Source: a virus
Lineage: Duplodnaviria; Caudoviricetes
DNA length: 49,461 bases
Virus record (IMG/VR): IMGVR_UViG_3300037760_000064
Coordinates: 1 to 49,461 of that record
Direction: 5' to 3' (one strand)
A program made the position numbers and the translations under genes. Position 1 is the stretch's first letter, and each line of letters begins with the position of its first letter. Below, one piece after another: positions 25,430-33,567 of this stretch. The notes beneath the pieces were generated by a model. That model had not been told where the DNA came from. It saw only the letters and a list, made by a program, of their open reading frames with translations, and ran no database searches.

Positions 25430-25795
25430 ATGTACGACTACGGAGAAACCAGGACAGCACTGATCCAGGCTGGGATCGCGGAGGAGGCCATCCGGCCCGG
25501 AAACCATGAATGGGCGGCCATAGTCGAGGGTCACGGCGGCATTAGCCGGCTCTCCGACGACGAGTGGATAGCGACCAACCCCGGCATGAGCGACACACCA
25601 CTCACGGGGCGAGACCCGCTGCGACTGATCGGATACCGCGGCCGCCGCGGACGGCCAGCTATCGGCCCGATGGTGAACGTCAGGATCGACCAGCAGACGA
25701 TCGACCTGCTGGACGACGTCGCCGAGACGACCCATGCCACTCGCGCCGAAGTGATCCGACGCGCCGTCACTCACTACCTGCGCACCCAGGTGTAG
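25430..25795 (+). CDS. Protein with C-terminal ribbon-helix-helix (CopG-like) DNA-binding domain
   Basis: GAGGAG RBS, ATG 25430; RGRPAIGPMVNVRIDQQTIDLLDDVAE.....RAEVIRRAV. Confidence 0.85.
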   Translation: MYDYGETRTALIQAGIAEEAIRPGNHEWAAIVEGHGGISRLSDDEWIATNPGMSDTPLTGRDPLRLIGYRGRRGRPAIGPMVNVRIDQQTIDLLDDVAETTHATRAEVIRRAVTHYLRTQV

Positions 25796-25815
25796 CCAGG
25801 AGCAGGCGAGTGGTT

Positions 25816-25874
25816 CTCCACGGTCACCAGCCACTCCCGCGACCTCGTCGTGGGAGTGGCTGGTGACCGTGGAG
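25816..25874. repeat. 28-bp near-perfect inverted repeat (long hairpin) upstream of cas12m
   Basis: CTCCACGGTCACCAGCCACTCCCGCGAC-ctc-GTCGTGGGAGTGGCTGGTGACCGTGGAG; one G-U pair. Confidence 0.95.
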
Positions 25875-25976
25875 CACCGGCAGTGATGGATGTAGTGGCA
25901 GCACAAGCAGACCGCGAGCGGTCGCATTAGGTGTCACCACCACCACCACGCGCAGCGACTCACACGGAGATACCTG

Positions 25977-27695
25977 ATGACGATGACTGTGTACCGGTAC
26001 GGGCTGCCCTCCTGGGTGGTCCTGCCGCAGGTCGTAGACGAGCAGCTGTGGCTGGCGCACCAGCTGCGTAACCAGCTGGTGCAGCTGGAACACGAGCATG
26101 AGGAGCAGCTGGCCGCACTCATGTCGTCGTACCCTCAGGTCGCGGAGGCGGAGCAAGCCCGGGAAGCGATAGCTGCCCGGACCGCCGAACTGGAAACCAA
26201 GGTGGCCCAGGAGCGGGCGCGGCAACGGACCCGCTCACCGAAACATCCCGCTGTGCGTGAGCTCGCAGAGACTCGAGCACAGCTGAAAGCGGCCCGCGTC
26301 GATGTGCGCGACCGCAAGGCGGCAGTCCGGGACGCCTCCGCCGGGGCCAAGAAGGATCTGCGTGACCAGCTGAAACAGCGCCAGAAAGAGCTGTACGGCG
26401 AATACTGCCAGACACGTGGACTGTACTGGGCCGTCTACAACGATGTCGCAGATCACCATCGCGTCGCGGCGAGACGTGTGGTGGCGAAACGCTCAGCTGG
26501 GCAGCCCGCCCAGCTGCGATATCACCGGTGGGACGGGTCGGGATCGCTAGCCGTACAGCTGCAGCGGGCCCAGACGGACCCGCAGCGCACCCCCGACCGT
26601 ATCGCCGACGGCGAGCACGGCAAGTGGCGCAACGTCCTATCGATCTCGCAGGGCACCCGCCACGGACAGCTGCGTATGCGGGTCGGTGCCGAACATGTCA
26701 CACTGCCGATAATCGTCGACCACGACATGGACGACGACGCGGACATCACAGGCGCACGCCTCACAGTCAGACGAGTCGCCGGGCAGCGGCGCGTACACCT
26801 GACAGTCGCCGCCAAGCTCCCCGACCCGGCACCAGTCACCAGCGGCGCCACCTTGGCTGTGCACTGTGGCTGGAGGCGTGAGGACGACGACTCTATCCGC
26901 GTCGCCACCTGGAGAGCAGGACAACCAGTCACAGTGCCGGTCGACCTCAAAGACATCGTCACCCAGGACACATCCACCAGCGGGATCGTCACGATGCCGG
27001 TGGCGTGGCGGGACCGCATCGCCCACTACACCACCGTGCAAGCCAGCCGTGACACCCGGCTAGAGCAGATACGAGATCGCGTCGTCCAGTGGCTCACGAC
27101 ACACCCACAGGACGACATCGACCCTGCCAGCGTGGCTAAATGGCGCAGCCCAACGCGGCTGGCGAAACTGGCATGGCAGTGGCACCACGACACTCCCGCA
27201 GGTGGGGACCAGATCACACGAGAGCTGATGTCATGGCGCCGCTGGGACCGGGTCAGGTGGGAGCAGGCAGCGCACGGCACCCAGAGGGCGACCGGCCGGC
27301 GTGACGACGCGTGGCGCCGGTTCGCCGCCTGGGTAGCGTCCACAGCAGTCGTGGTGGTGGTGGACGACACAGACCTGGCCGCACTGACCAGACAGATCAC
27401 CCAGGAGCCGACCACGATCCCCACCCAGGTCACACAGATCGCCGCGCGGCAACGCGTCGACGCTGCTCCTGGTGGTCTACGCCAGGCGGTGCGATCTGCC
27501 GCCACCCGTGACGGAGTCACGGTCGTAACGGTCCCGTCGAAAGGCCTATCGGGCGACTGCTATCGCTGCGGGCACAGCGGCAACGACGTCACCGGCCACG
27601 TGATCTACTGCGACAGCTGCGACAAGCCCTACGACCGTGACGCATCCGCGACACTACACATGATCCGACGTGCGAGCGGTCACTTGACCACTTGA
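25977..27695 (+). CDS. cas12m: Cas12m (type V-M, formerly V-U1) CRISPR effector with non-canonical RuvC
   Basis: 572 aa. QLWLAHQLR, LYGEYC...LYWA.YN.V..HH, RWDGSGSLAVQLQR and DADITGA motifs as recalled for Cas12m. RuvC-I LAVHCGWR (H for D), RuvC-II VVDDTD (D for E), AAPGGLR, Zn finger CYRC/CDSC, RuvC-III YDRD. Adjacent CRISPR array. Confidence 0.92.
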   Translation: MTMTVYRYGLPSWVVLPQVVDEQLWLAHQLRNQLVQLEHEHEEQLAALMSSYPQVAEAEQAREAIAARTAELETKVAQERARQRTRSPKHPAVRELAETRAQLKAARVDVRDRKAAVRDASAGAKKDLRDQLKQRQKELYGEYCQTRGLYWAVYNDVADHHRVAARRVVAKRSAGQPAQLRYHRWDGSGSLAVQLQRAQTDPQRTPDRIADGEHGKWRNVLSISQGTRHGQLRMRVGAEHVTLPIIVDHDMDDDADITGARLTVRRVAGQRRVHLTVAAKLPDPAPVTSGATLAVHCGWRREDDDSIRVATWRAGQPVTVPVDLKDIVTQDTSTSGIVTMPVAWRDRIAHYTTVQASRDTRLEQIRDRVVQWLTTHPQDDIDPASVAKWRSPTRLAKLAWQWHHDTPAGGDQITRELMSWRRWDRVRWEQAAHGTQRATGRRDDAWRRFAAWVASTAVVVVVDDTDLAALTRQITQEPTTIPTQVTQIAARQRVDAAPGGLRQAVRSAATRDGVTVVTVPSKGLSGDCYRCGHSGNDVTGHVIYCDSCDKPYDRDASATLHMIRRASGHLTT

Positions 27696-27720
27696 CACCT
27701 AGCGAGCGCTCGCACACACT
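27692..27720 (+). promoter_or_regulatory. Possible CRISPR leader promoter
   Basis: TTGACA (27692-97), 17 bp, CACACT; palindrome GCGAGCGCTCGC in the spacer region. Confidence 0.4.
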
Positions 27721-27849
27721 GCAACCCAGGCCATAGGGCCCACGCACCTTGACATCACCCATCCAGTCTGTCCCGGAACGGACAGACACAACCACCACTC
27801 GCGACAGACCAAAACGTCGCAGGTCAGCACCACCCACAACGACACAGCG

Positions 27850-28253
27850 GTGTCCATGCCAGCGTTGGGGCTTCGTACCAGCGAGACCTCGCCACCGCCT
27901 CGTACAGGCGGTGGAAGATGTGTGTCCATGCCAGCGTTGGGGCTTCGTACCAGCGAGCGTCAAGACTCATGATCTTGTTCCTTTCGTTTAGACCTTGTGT
28001 CCATGCCAGCGTTGGGGCTTCGTACCAGCGAGACATGGACATCGAGAACAGCACCCAGATGAATTGGGTGTCCATGCCAGCGTTGGGGCTTCGTACCAGC
28101 GAGACAGATCGCTTCGACCGCGAGGTCGACCCCGAGTTCAAGGTGTCCATGCCAGCGTTGGGGCTTCGTACCAGCGAGTAGCGTCGTCGGTGCCGTCCCG
28201 CCGCCATGCCTCGGCCGGTGTCCATGCCAGCGTTGGGGCTTCGTACCAGCGAG
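27850..28253 (+). CRISPR. CRISPR mini-array: 6 identical 36-bp repeats, 5 spacers (36, 39, 35, 39, 39 bp)
   Basis: Repeat GTGTCCATGCCAGCGTTGGGGCTTCGTACCAGCGAG at 27850, 27922, 27997, 28068, 28143 and 28218; internal stem CGTTGG/CCAGCG. Confidence 0.99.
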
Positions 28254-28264
28254 GTAGAAATTCG

Positions 28265-28287
28265 CCCCCACCCGTGACGGGTGGGGG
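28265..28287. terminator. Hairpin between the array and the convergent tail operon
   Basis: CCCCCACCCG-tga-CGGGTGGGGG, perfect 10-bp stem. Confidence 0.75.
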
Positions 28288-28309
28288 TGTCGGCTGTGAT
28301 GCGCTGGGG

Positions 28310-28585
28310 CTATTGGTGGCGGGTGATGAAGGTGTCGGTGCGGTCGTCGATCCGGCCGACAGTTGTGGTGATGCGGCAGGTCACTTTGGTCACGGATCCG
28401 ACTTCTCCACCGGACACCCAATAGGTGACCGTGGTGGCGTCGTGAGAGTCGTTGGTGACGACCAGCCCATCAGGAGGAGCCACAATGAGCTGGTGCGCGG
28501 TGATGATGTCGCCCTCGACCAGCCAGCTAGACCAGTCAACCTGGTAATCCTTGGCGCTGTCGGGGTCACGTTCATAGCTGGCCAT
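28310..28585 (-). CDS. Phage fiber-tail adaptor-like protein
   Basis: RDPDSAKDYQVDWSSWL..GD.I...WVSGG..G....VTCRITT..GR.DDRT. Confidence 0.75.
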   Translation of the reverse strand: MASYERDPDSAKDYQVDWSSWLVEGDIITAHQLIVAPPDGLVVTNDSHDATTVTYWVSGGEVGSVTKVTCRITTTVGRIDDRTDTFITRHQ

Positions 28586-28741
28586 CTACCTGACCTCCGT
28601 GCGGCGTGGCTCGGCGCTGATCGACGTGGCGCGTGGATCGGCTCGGATGCCGGTGGTTCGTGGCTGGGTAGGGATGGTGGTGGTGCGCTTGGGCGGTGTG
28701 GCCGGCTCGACATGGCTGGTGAGAAGTGCACGTAGCGGCAT
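28586..28741 (-). CDS. 51-aa protein MPLRALLTSHVEPATPPKRT...AEPRRTEVR
   Basis: AAGGGGG RBS; stop abuts the next ATG; short I.AEPR-type repeats. Not in the ORF track. Confidence 0.55.
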   Translation of the reverse strand: MPLRALLTSHVEPATPPKRTTTIPTQPRTTGIRADPRATSISAEPRRTEVR

Positions 28742-28752
28742 CGGACCCCCTT

Positions 28753-30258
28753 CTAGGCCAAGGTGGCGACGTGCCAGTCGGTGGGGCGTTCAATGCCGGA
28801 GATAAGCACGGTAGTGTCGACGGGCTCCTCGACGCTGTCGGTGAGGACGTACACGTTGACCGCTTGCGAGTCGGTAGCTTCGGCCAGTTCGTAGATTACA
28901 ACCTGGGAGATGGTGACTGATGCGGAGCCGGGGTCGTCGACGTCGTCGTTATGCGACATAGTGATCGCGGCCTGGGTGCCCAGACGCATGTGGTCCTCGA
29001 CCTGGTACTGCCAGGCGTCGGGTTCGGGGTCACCGTCGTACCACACCCGGCCGCGCACCGTCTGGCCGATGGCTTCGAGCCGCACCCAGGTGGTGGGTTG
29101 TCCTTCGGTGCTGACCTCGCCGGTCAATCTCTCGATAAGCATGGTGTAGCCGTCGAACTCGCGGCCGCCAGTCTGAGTTTCGGCCTGGGCGATGGGTGAG
29201 CGGCGCAGCAGCCGGATGATCTGCCCAGCGATGGCGTTTACCCGGGCCGGTAGCTCGAAGATCATGCTGGTCCCAGGTCCGTACTTGTCGTCAGGCGTGA
29301 CAGCACCGGCGATGTCAGTGACGCTGTCGACACGGATCGACGGGACCCAGAAGACATTGCCATAGCCGGTGCTGGCCACCCGATATTTCAACAAGATGCC
29401 ATGGTCGGCCGCGAGGGTGTCAGGGCCGAGCAGCCACGCCCTCGAGCCTTGCTGGTCACGGTCGGTGGACAGGGTGGCGCCGCCGGTGCTGGTGTTGACC
29501 GCCCCACCATTCGCCACGTCCGGGGTGAGCCAGGCTGGGAGGGTGCCGGCGGCGAAGTCGGTGGACTGCACAACGGTGCGGGCCACCGCTGGTGGCGGTG
29601 TGGTGGCGTCGTCGCCGCGACCGGTCATATCCACCACAGCGGAGATGCGTTGCACCCGCCCGCTGGTGCCGGACGGGGTGGCAGTCGCGTGGATCGCGAA
29701 CCGGTCGGCTGGCACCTCGGACACCCAGGACGCGATGGTGTACCAGGTGCGGCCATCCATGCTGGCCCGATACGTGTAGGTGGTGGACGGCTGGTCGTAG
29801 GACAGGCGGAACCAGCCAGGCCCTCCATACAGCTCGCCGCCGAGTGTGTCCGTATGTGACACGGTAGCCCGGGTGCCCGCTGTGTTCGTCAACCCCCAGC
29901 GGTGGAACACGAAGAACCCGCGGTCGTCGCGGAACGTAGACGGGGTGCCAGCGCGGAAGCAGGCGGCCCGGACACCCTGGATCGTGGCGCTGTGGAGGGC
30001 CATCAAGTCGAGGCCCTGGTCGGGCAGATCGATGCATTCCTCGGCCAGAGTGGCGGCATAGTCCCACGACCCGGTCACGGCGGTCCAGATGTAGGGTCCC
30101 TGCGGGACAGTACCCGAATTAAACAGCGAGTTCTTGGTTTGACCAGGATCAACACTGAGCTCGGCGTAGCCGCCGGCCACCACTACCGACGTGTCGGCTG
30201 GGGTGACCGCGGTCCACCCCGCCGGTAGGGTCACGCCGTCGAAGCGGGTGACGGTCAC
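28753..30258 (-). CDS. Minor tail / receptor-binding protein (ConA/LamG-like beta domains)
   Basis: WFRL......YTYRASMDG.TW and WVRLEA.G.TVRGRVW.DG.PEP.AW motifs; GTGA coupling. Confidence 0.7.
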   Translation of the reverse strand: MTVTRFDGVTLPAGWTAVTPADTSVVVAGGYAELSVDPGQTKNSLFNSGTVPQGPYIWTAVTGSWDYAATLAEECIDLPDQGLDLMALHSATIQGVRAACFRAGTPSTFRDDRGFFVFHRWGLTNTAGTRATVSHTDTLGGELYGGPGWFRLSYDQPSTTYTYRASMDGRTWYTIASWVSEVPADRFAIHATATPSGTSGRVQRISAVVDMTGRGDDATTPPPAVARTVVQSTDFAAGTLPAWLTPDVANGGAVNTSTGGATLSTDRDQQGSRAWLLGPDTLAADHGILLKYRVASTGYGNVFWVPSIRVDSVTDIAGAVTPDDKYGPGTSMIFELPARVNAIAGQIIRLLRRSPIAQAETQTGGREFDGYTMLIERLTGEVSTEGQPTTWVRLEAIGQTVRGRVWYDGDPEPDAWQYQVEDHMRLGTQAAITMSHNDDVDDPGSASVTISQVVIYELAEATDSQAVNVYVLTDSVEEPVDTTVLISGIERPTDWHVATLA

Positions 30259-31085
30259 GGCGCGAGCCTGCGGACGACGATGTCCCCGTCGACCGCCCCG
30301 GGCGGGGTGGGGTCGTCGTGGTCGATGACGGGCCACACCTTGGCGACATCTGCGGCGGTGACCTTTCCGTCGAGAGCGGTTTGGAGGCCAGAGACTCCGG
30401 TGATCTCGTGTGTGTGATTACCCGCAGCGACTTGCGATGACGAACTACCCACGGGTAGGCGGGCCACGTCCACCGTGCCTGATGTGATCGCCGACCCGGC
30501 ATGTGAATGGTTGGTGGGCGCGGCGCCGACCTCGGTGGGGCCGAGCACCACCTCGCCAGTCAGCCCGTTCACCGACGACACGGGTGACACGACGGATGCT
30601 GGGTCGTCGGGCACGTACTCACCCAGGCCGGCGTCCCAAATGAGGATCTGCCCGTCCGTCGCCGGAGTGTCGGACACATCAGCTAGGCCGGTGGTCTCCA
30701 ACACCTCCACAGCGGCCAGCCGGGTGAAGATCTCGTCGGTGGCCGGGGACAGCCGGTACCAGTTTCCAGCGCCGTTGGTAAGCCACACGTCGCCCTCATG
30801 ACCATCTGGGCCATGGAACTCGAGCAGCTCAGCCACGGTTGTGAAATCGCTGGAGGGTGTGACCTGGCTGATGGGCAGCTGATCGACGTCCAACAGGTCG
30901 GTCAGCTGAGTACCCTCGCGCGCATCATAGACATCGAACGACCCTGGAACAGTGGGCAGCAAGAGCGCCCAGCCCAACTGCTGCGGCGCCAGCGGATCAC
31001 CGTTCTCGTCCACGATGTCAGCGAGCGCACCCGGCGCGACAGCTAGATCAGCCGGTGTGGCGGCATACCGCAAACGAGCCATCAC
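30255..31085 (-). CDS. Minor tail / tail fibre protein
   Basis: LADVSD...DGQILIWD, VSSVNGLTGEVVL, HSH....ITSGT...ARLP and GNHTH..TGV.GLQTALDGK fibre motifs. Confidence 0.75.
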   Translation of the reverse strand: MMARLRYAATPADLAVAPGALADIVDENGDPLAPQQLGWALLLPTVPGSFDVYDAREGTQLTDLLDVDQLPISQVTPSSDFTTVAELLEFHGPDGHEGDVWLTNGAGNWYRLSPATDEIFTRLAAVEVLETTGLADVSDTPATDGQILIWDAGLGEYVPDDPASVVSPVSSVNGLTGEVVLGPTEVGAAPTNHSHAGSAITSGTVDVARLPVGSSSSQVAAGNHTHEITGVSGLQTALDGKVTAADVAKVWPVIDHDDPTPPGAVDGDIVVRRLAP

Positions 31086-31122
31086 AGCCCTCCCCTATGT
31101 AGTTGTTGTTCCGGCCGGATGG

Positions 31123-31323
31123 TTAGGCGTCGTCGCTAGGGACCTCGGGCAGGCCGGTCACGACGGAGTTCAGGGCCGACAGGAGTGTGGCCATACCAGT
31201 CATCGAGCCGATCAGCGCCCAATCGACCTCGGTGATCAGCACCGTCGCGCCGATGGCGGCGATGGCGGTCTGGGCGGCGGTACGGGCAGCTCGGATCGCC
31301 GCGGCGCGGATAAACACAGTCAT
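31123..31323 (-). CDS. Holin (r1t-like); in-frame upstream ATG at 31386
   Basis: RAARTAAQTAIAAIG......VDW.........LLS.L.S...GLPEV; AAGGAG RBS. Confidence 0.88.
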   Translation of the reverse strand: MTVFIRAAAIRAARTAAQTAIAAIGATVLITEVDWALIGSMTGMATLLSALNSVVTGLPEVPSDDA

Positions 31324-31390
31324 GGTGGGCTCCTTCGAGCAGGGTTGGGTGGTGGGGTCGCCGGCTAAGAGGGCTCGGAGGGGCATCAGG

Positions 31391-32164
31391 TCACCCACCT
31401 GGGGTGGGTGTTGGTGTTGGTGGGTCGGGAGGCGGCACGGTTTCTACACGGCACGGACCGTCGACGATTACCTCTGTGGGTGGCTGGTCGAACGTGACGA
31501 CCCAGTCGTTGTCGTCGTTGCAGATGATCGAAACGATGCCGCGGCCCGCCGCCCCGGCAGCGCCGTCCTGCCCCGCGACGCCGCGGCACTCGCCGCGGGC
31601 GTCACAGTACGTAGCTACAGCCGTGGCGATCTGCTCATCGGTCGGCCCAGGACCGCGGTCACCGGCCGTGCCGCGGCATGCGCCGTCGGAGCAGAACGCC
31701 GCCACCGCTACTCCGATTTCCCCGTCCGTGGGCGGCCGGCCAGGCTGACCGGGCGGTGGCGGGTTGGCCTGCAAATAGGCCACGACGGCTGTGGCTATGT
31801 TCGGCTCGGCCAGCTCGGGGTCGCTGGCCAGGACTGTGGCGACCGCGGCGCTGATCTGAGCCGCCGTGGGCGCCGGCCCACGAGGCCCCACCGGGCCCGG
31901 CATCACAGCCGCATCACTGTCGCTGTCAGGGAGGTCCTCGACTCGCTCGTCTGGGTCAGGTGCGGCGGGCTCCTGACCTGAACTCTCGACCTGCTGGCGC
32001 AGGGTCCGCACATCCGTGGACAGGGCGTCGACGGCGGCCTGCCGGCGCGACGACCCTTCCGCCTGCCCGAACGCCACGACCACGAACACCGCGACGAGAC
32101 CCAGGAGCGCAACGCCAACGATGTACGGCAGCGCCCGCTGCGCCCGATCATTAATCTGGGTCAT
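31391..32164 (-). CDS. Membrane protein with collagen-like (Gly-X-Y) repeats, lysis cassette
   Basis: N-terminal TM, coiled coil, GPVGPRGP / G..G..G repeats, repeated I..AVA.YC motif. Confidence 0.75.
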   Translation of the reverse strand: MTQINDRAQRALPYIVGVALLGLVAVFVVVAFGQAEGSSRRQAAVDALSTDVRTLRQQVESSGQEPAAPDPDERVEDLPDSDSDAAVMPGPVGPRGPAPTAAQISAAVATVLASDPELAEPNIATAVVAYLQANPPPPGQPGRPPTDGEIGVAVAAFCSDGACRGTAGDRGPGPTDEQIATAVATYCDARGECRGVAGQDGAAGAAGRGIVSIICNDDNDWVVTFDQPPTEVIVDGPCRVETVPPPDPPTPTPTPGG

Positions 32165-32505
32165 ACCGGCGGCCCCACCTGGGTGAGCGATAGGACGATC
32201 CCCAACAACGCCACGAACACCGCCAGTCCGATCCCCGACCACACCTGGCGGCGGAACTTAAGGTCCGCGTCCAGGCGTGTCTTGATCTCCGAGATCGCCG
32301 AGACCCGGGCTTCCTGTTCGGCTGTCACATCCTCAGCCACATCTCGGATCCGCTCATCCACCCGCCGCTGCTCCGCGCTGTACAGGTCGGCAGACACCAG
32401 CTTGTCGAGACGCTGGTTGATGGCGGCGAAGCCGTTGCGTTGGTCGTCACGGATCGACGAGATCAGCCGGGACAGCTCACCAGGCGACGGGACGTCATCG
32501 GACAC
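32161..32505 (-). CDS. Coiled-coil protein with C-terminal TM (lysis accessory)
   Basis: PSPGELSR...C-terminal VWSGIGLAVFVALLGIVLSL; directly after the endolysin. Confidence 0.7.
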   Translation of the reverse strand: MSDDVPSPGELSRLISSIRDDQRNGFAAINQRLDKLVSADLYSAEQRRVDERIRDVAEDVTAEQEARVSAISEIKTRLDADLKFRRQVWSGIGLAVFVALLGIVLSLTQVGPPV

Positions 32506-33421
32506 CTACTGGACACCTTCACGCGGCTCGTCCTCATCCTCGATAACCAGCTCAACCCGAGCCTCGTCCACGATGTCATCGACAGCCTGCCGCGCCCCCG
32601 CCTCAGCAGCCGCCGTGATCTGCGCTGGGGTGAGCGCCTGCCCCCTCGCCAGCTCGGCCACTGTCGCTTTGAGCGACCCCAGCTCCGCCAGCTGAGCCAC
32701 GACGAGTGTGGACAGGCTCTTACCCGGCAGGATCGCCGTCTCCAGCACCGCCCGACGCGGCTGGGTGATGGACTTGTCATGCGACCACACCGCCTCGGCG
32801 ATGGCCTTGATCTCTGCTGGTGTCACGGGATCCTCCGGAGGTGTCGATGTGACGCCCGCGGCGATCTGTTTCGCACGGGCGATGATCTGCGGGATTTGCG
32901 CTATCCGTCGATCGCCGGGACAAACCTTCCCGCGGGCGCTGCTCCACACCTCGCCACCAGTAACCCGGCCCCCGTACCGGTAGCCCGCCCAGTTCCCGTC
33001 GATGCCTTGCCGGTGGTAGGCGACCCCGCGTGAGCCTGGTCGCGAGTTCGGTGCCATCACCAAAGGGATGCCGTGGGTCTTGTGCGCCCAGGCGAGGATC
33101 TTCGCGATCGCTTCGACTTGGGCCGGAGTGAAGCTCGGCACAGCGTGGCCGTCGTTCACGTTCCACGGCCGGAACTCCGGGCCGTGGTCGGCGTTCTCAA
33201 TCGCGATGATCCGGTGATTCCCGTTCAGATTCGCCGCCGAACGGTAGCGGGTGTCCCGTGACTGGTAGATCTTCCCCCCGCCGGACGTGGAGAAATGTGC
33301 AGCGTGGGCTGGTGCGAGCCCGACGATCGTGTGCTCAATGCACACACACCACGTCGTAGCGCTGTATCGGCGTCTTTGGTGAGTGTTCACCGAGCCAAAT
33401 CGCTTGTGGCATGCGGGCCAT
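32506..33421 (-). CDS. Endolysin, N-acetylmuramoyl-L-alanine amidase; frame interrupted by 7 nt at 33331-33337 (candidate translational bypass)
   Basis: GGAGGTG RBS + ATG 33421 gives MARMPQAIWLGEHSPKTPIQRYDVVCVH, then TGA G CAC, then TIVG..AHF....G.IYQ....AIEN...YHR...KVCPG amidase motifs. Confidence 0.85.
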
Positions 33422-33438
33422 ATCCATCACCTCCCGTT

Positions 33439-33567
33439 ATGCGGTACGGTACAAAGCGAGTCGCTAATGGCGAGACGAGAGCGGCGCTAGCCAAGGAGTT
33501 TGGAACTAGCTCCAGCAATGTCGAACACATCATCGCCCGTCGCCGCTGGAAGCACGTCGCTGACTAA
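33439..33567 (+). pseudogene. Remnant C-terminal HTH of an HNH homing-endonuclease-like gene
   Basis: GETRAALAKEFGTSSSNVEHIIARRRWKHV; AT-richer, antisense to the late operon, no nuclease domain. Confidence 0.65.

Noticed and set aside
25816-25874. tracrRNA / anti-repeat
   Set aside because: At most ~6 nt are complementary to the CRISPR repeat, and Cas12m is not known to need a tracrRNA.
25977-27695. IS605 TnpB
   Set aside because: Longer than TnpB, with altered RuvC residues, no tnpA, and a CRISPR array directly downstream.
27824-28735. ORFs overlapping the CRISPR array
   Set aside because: Translations of repeats and spacers, not genes.
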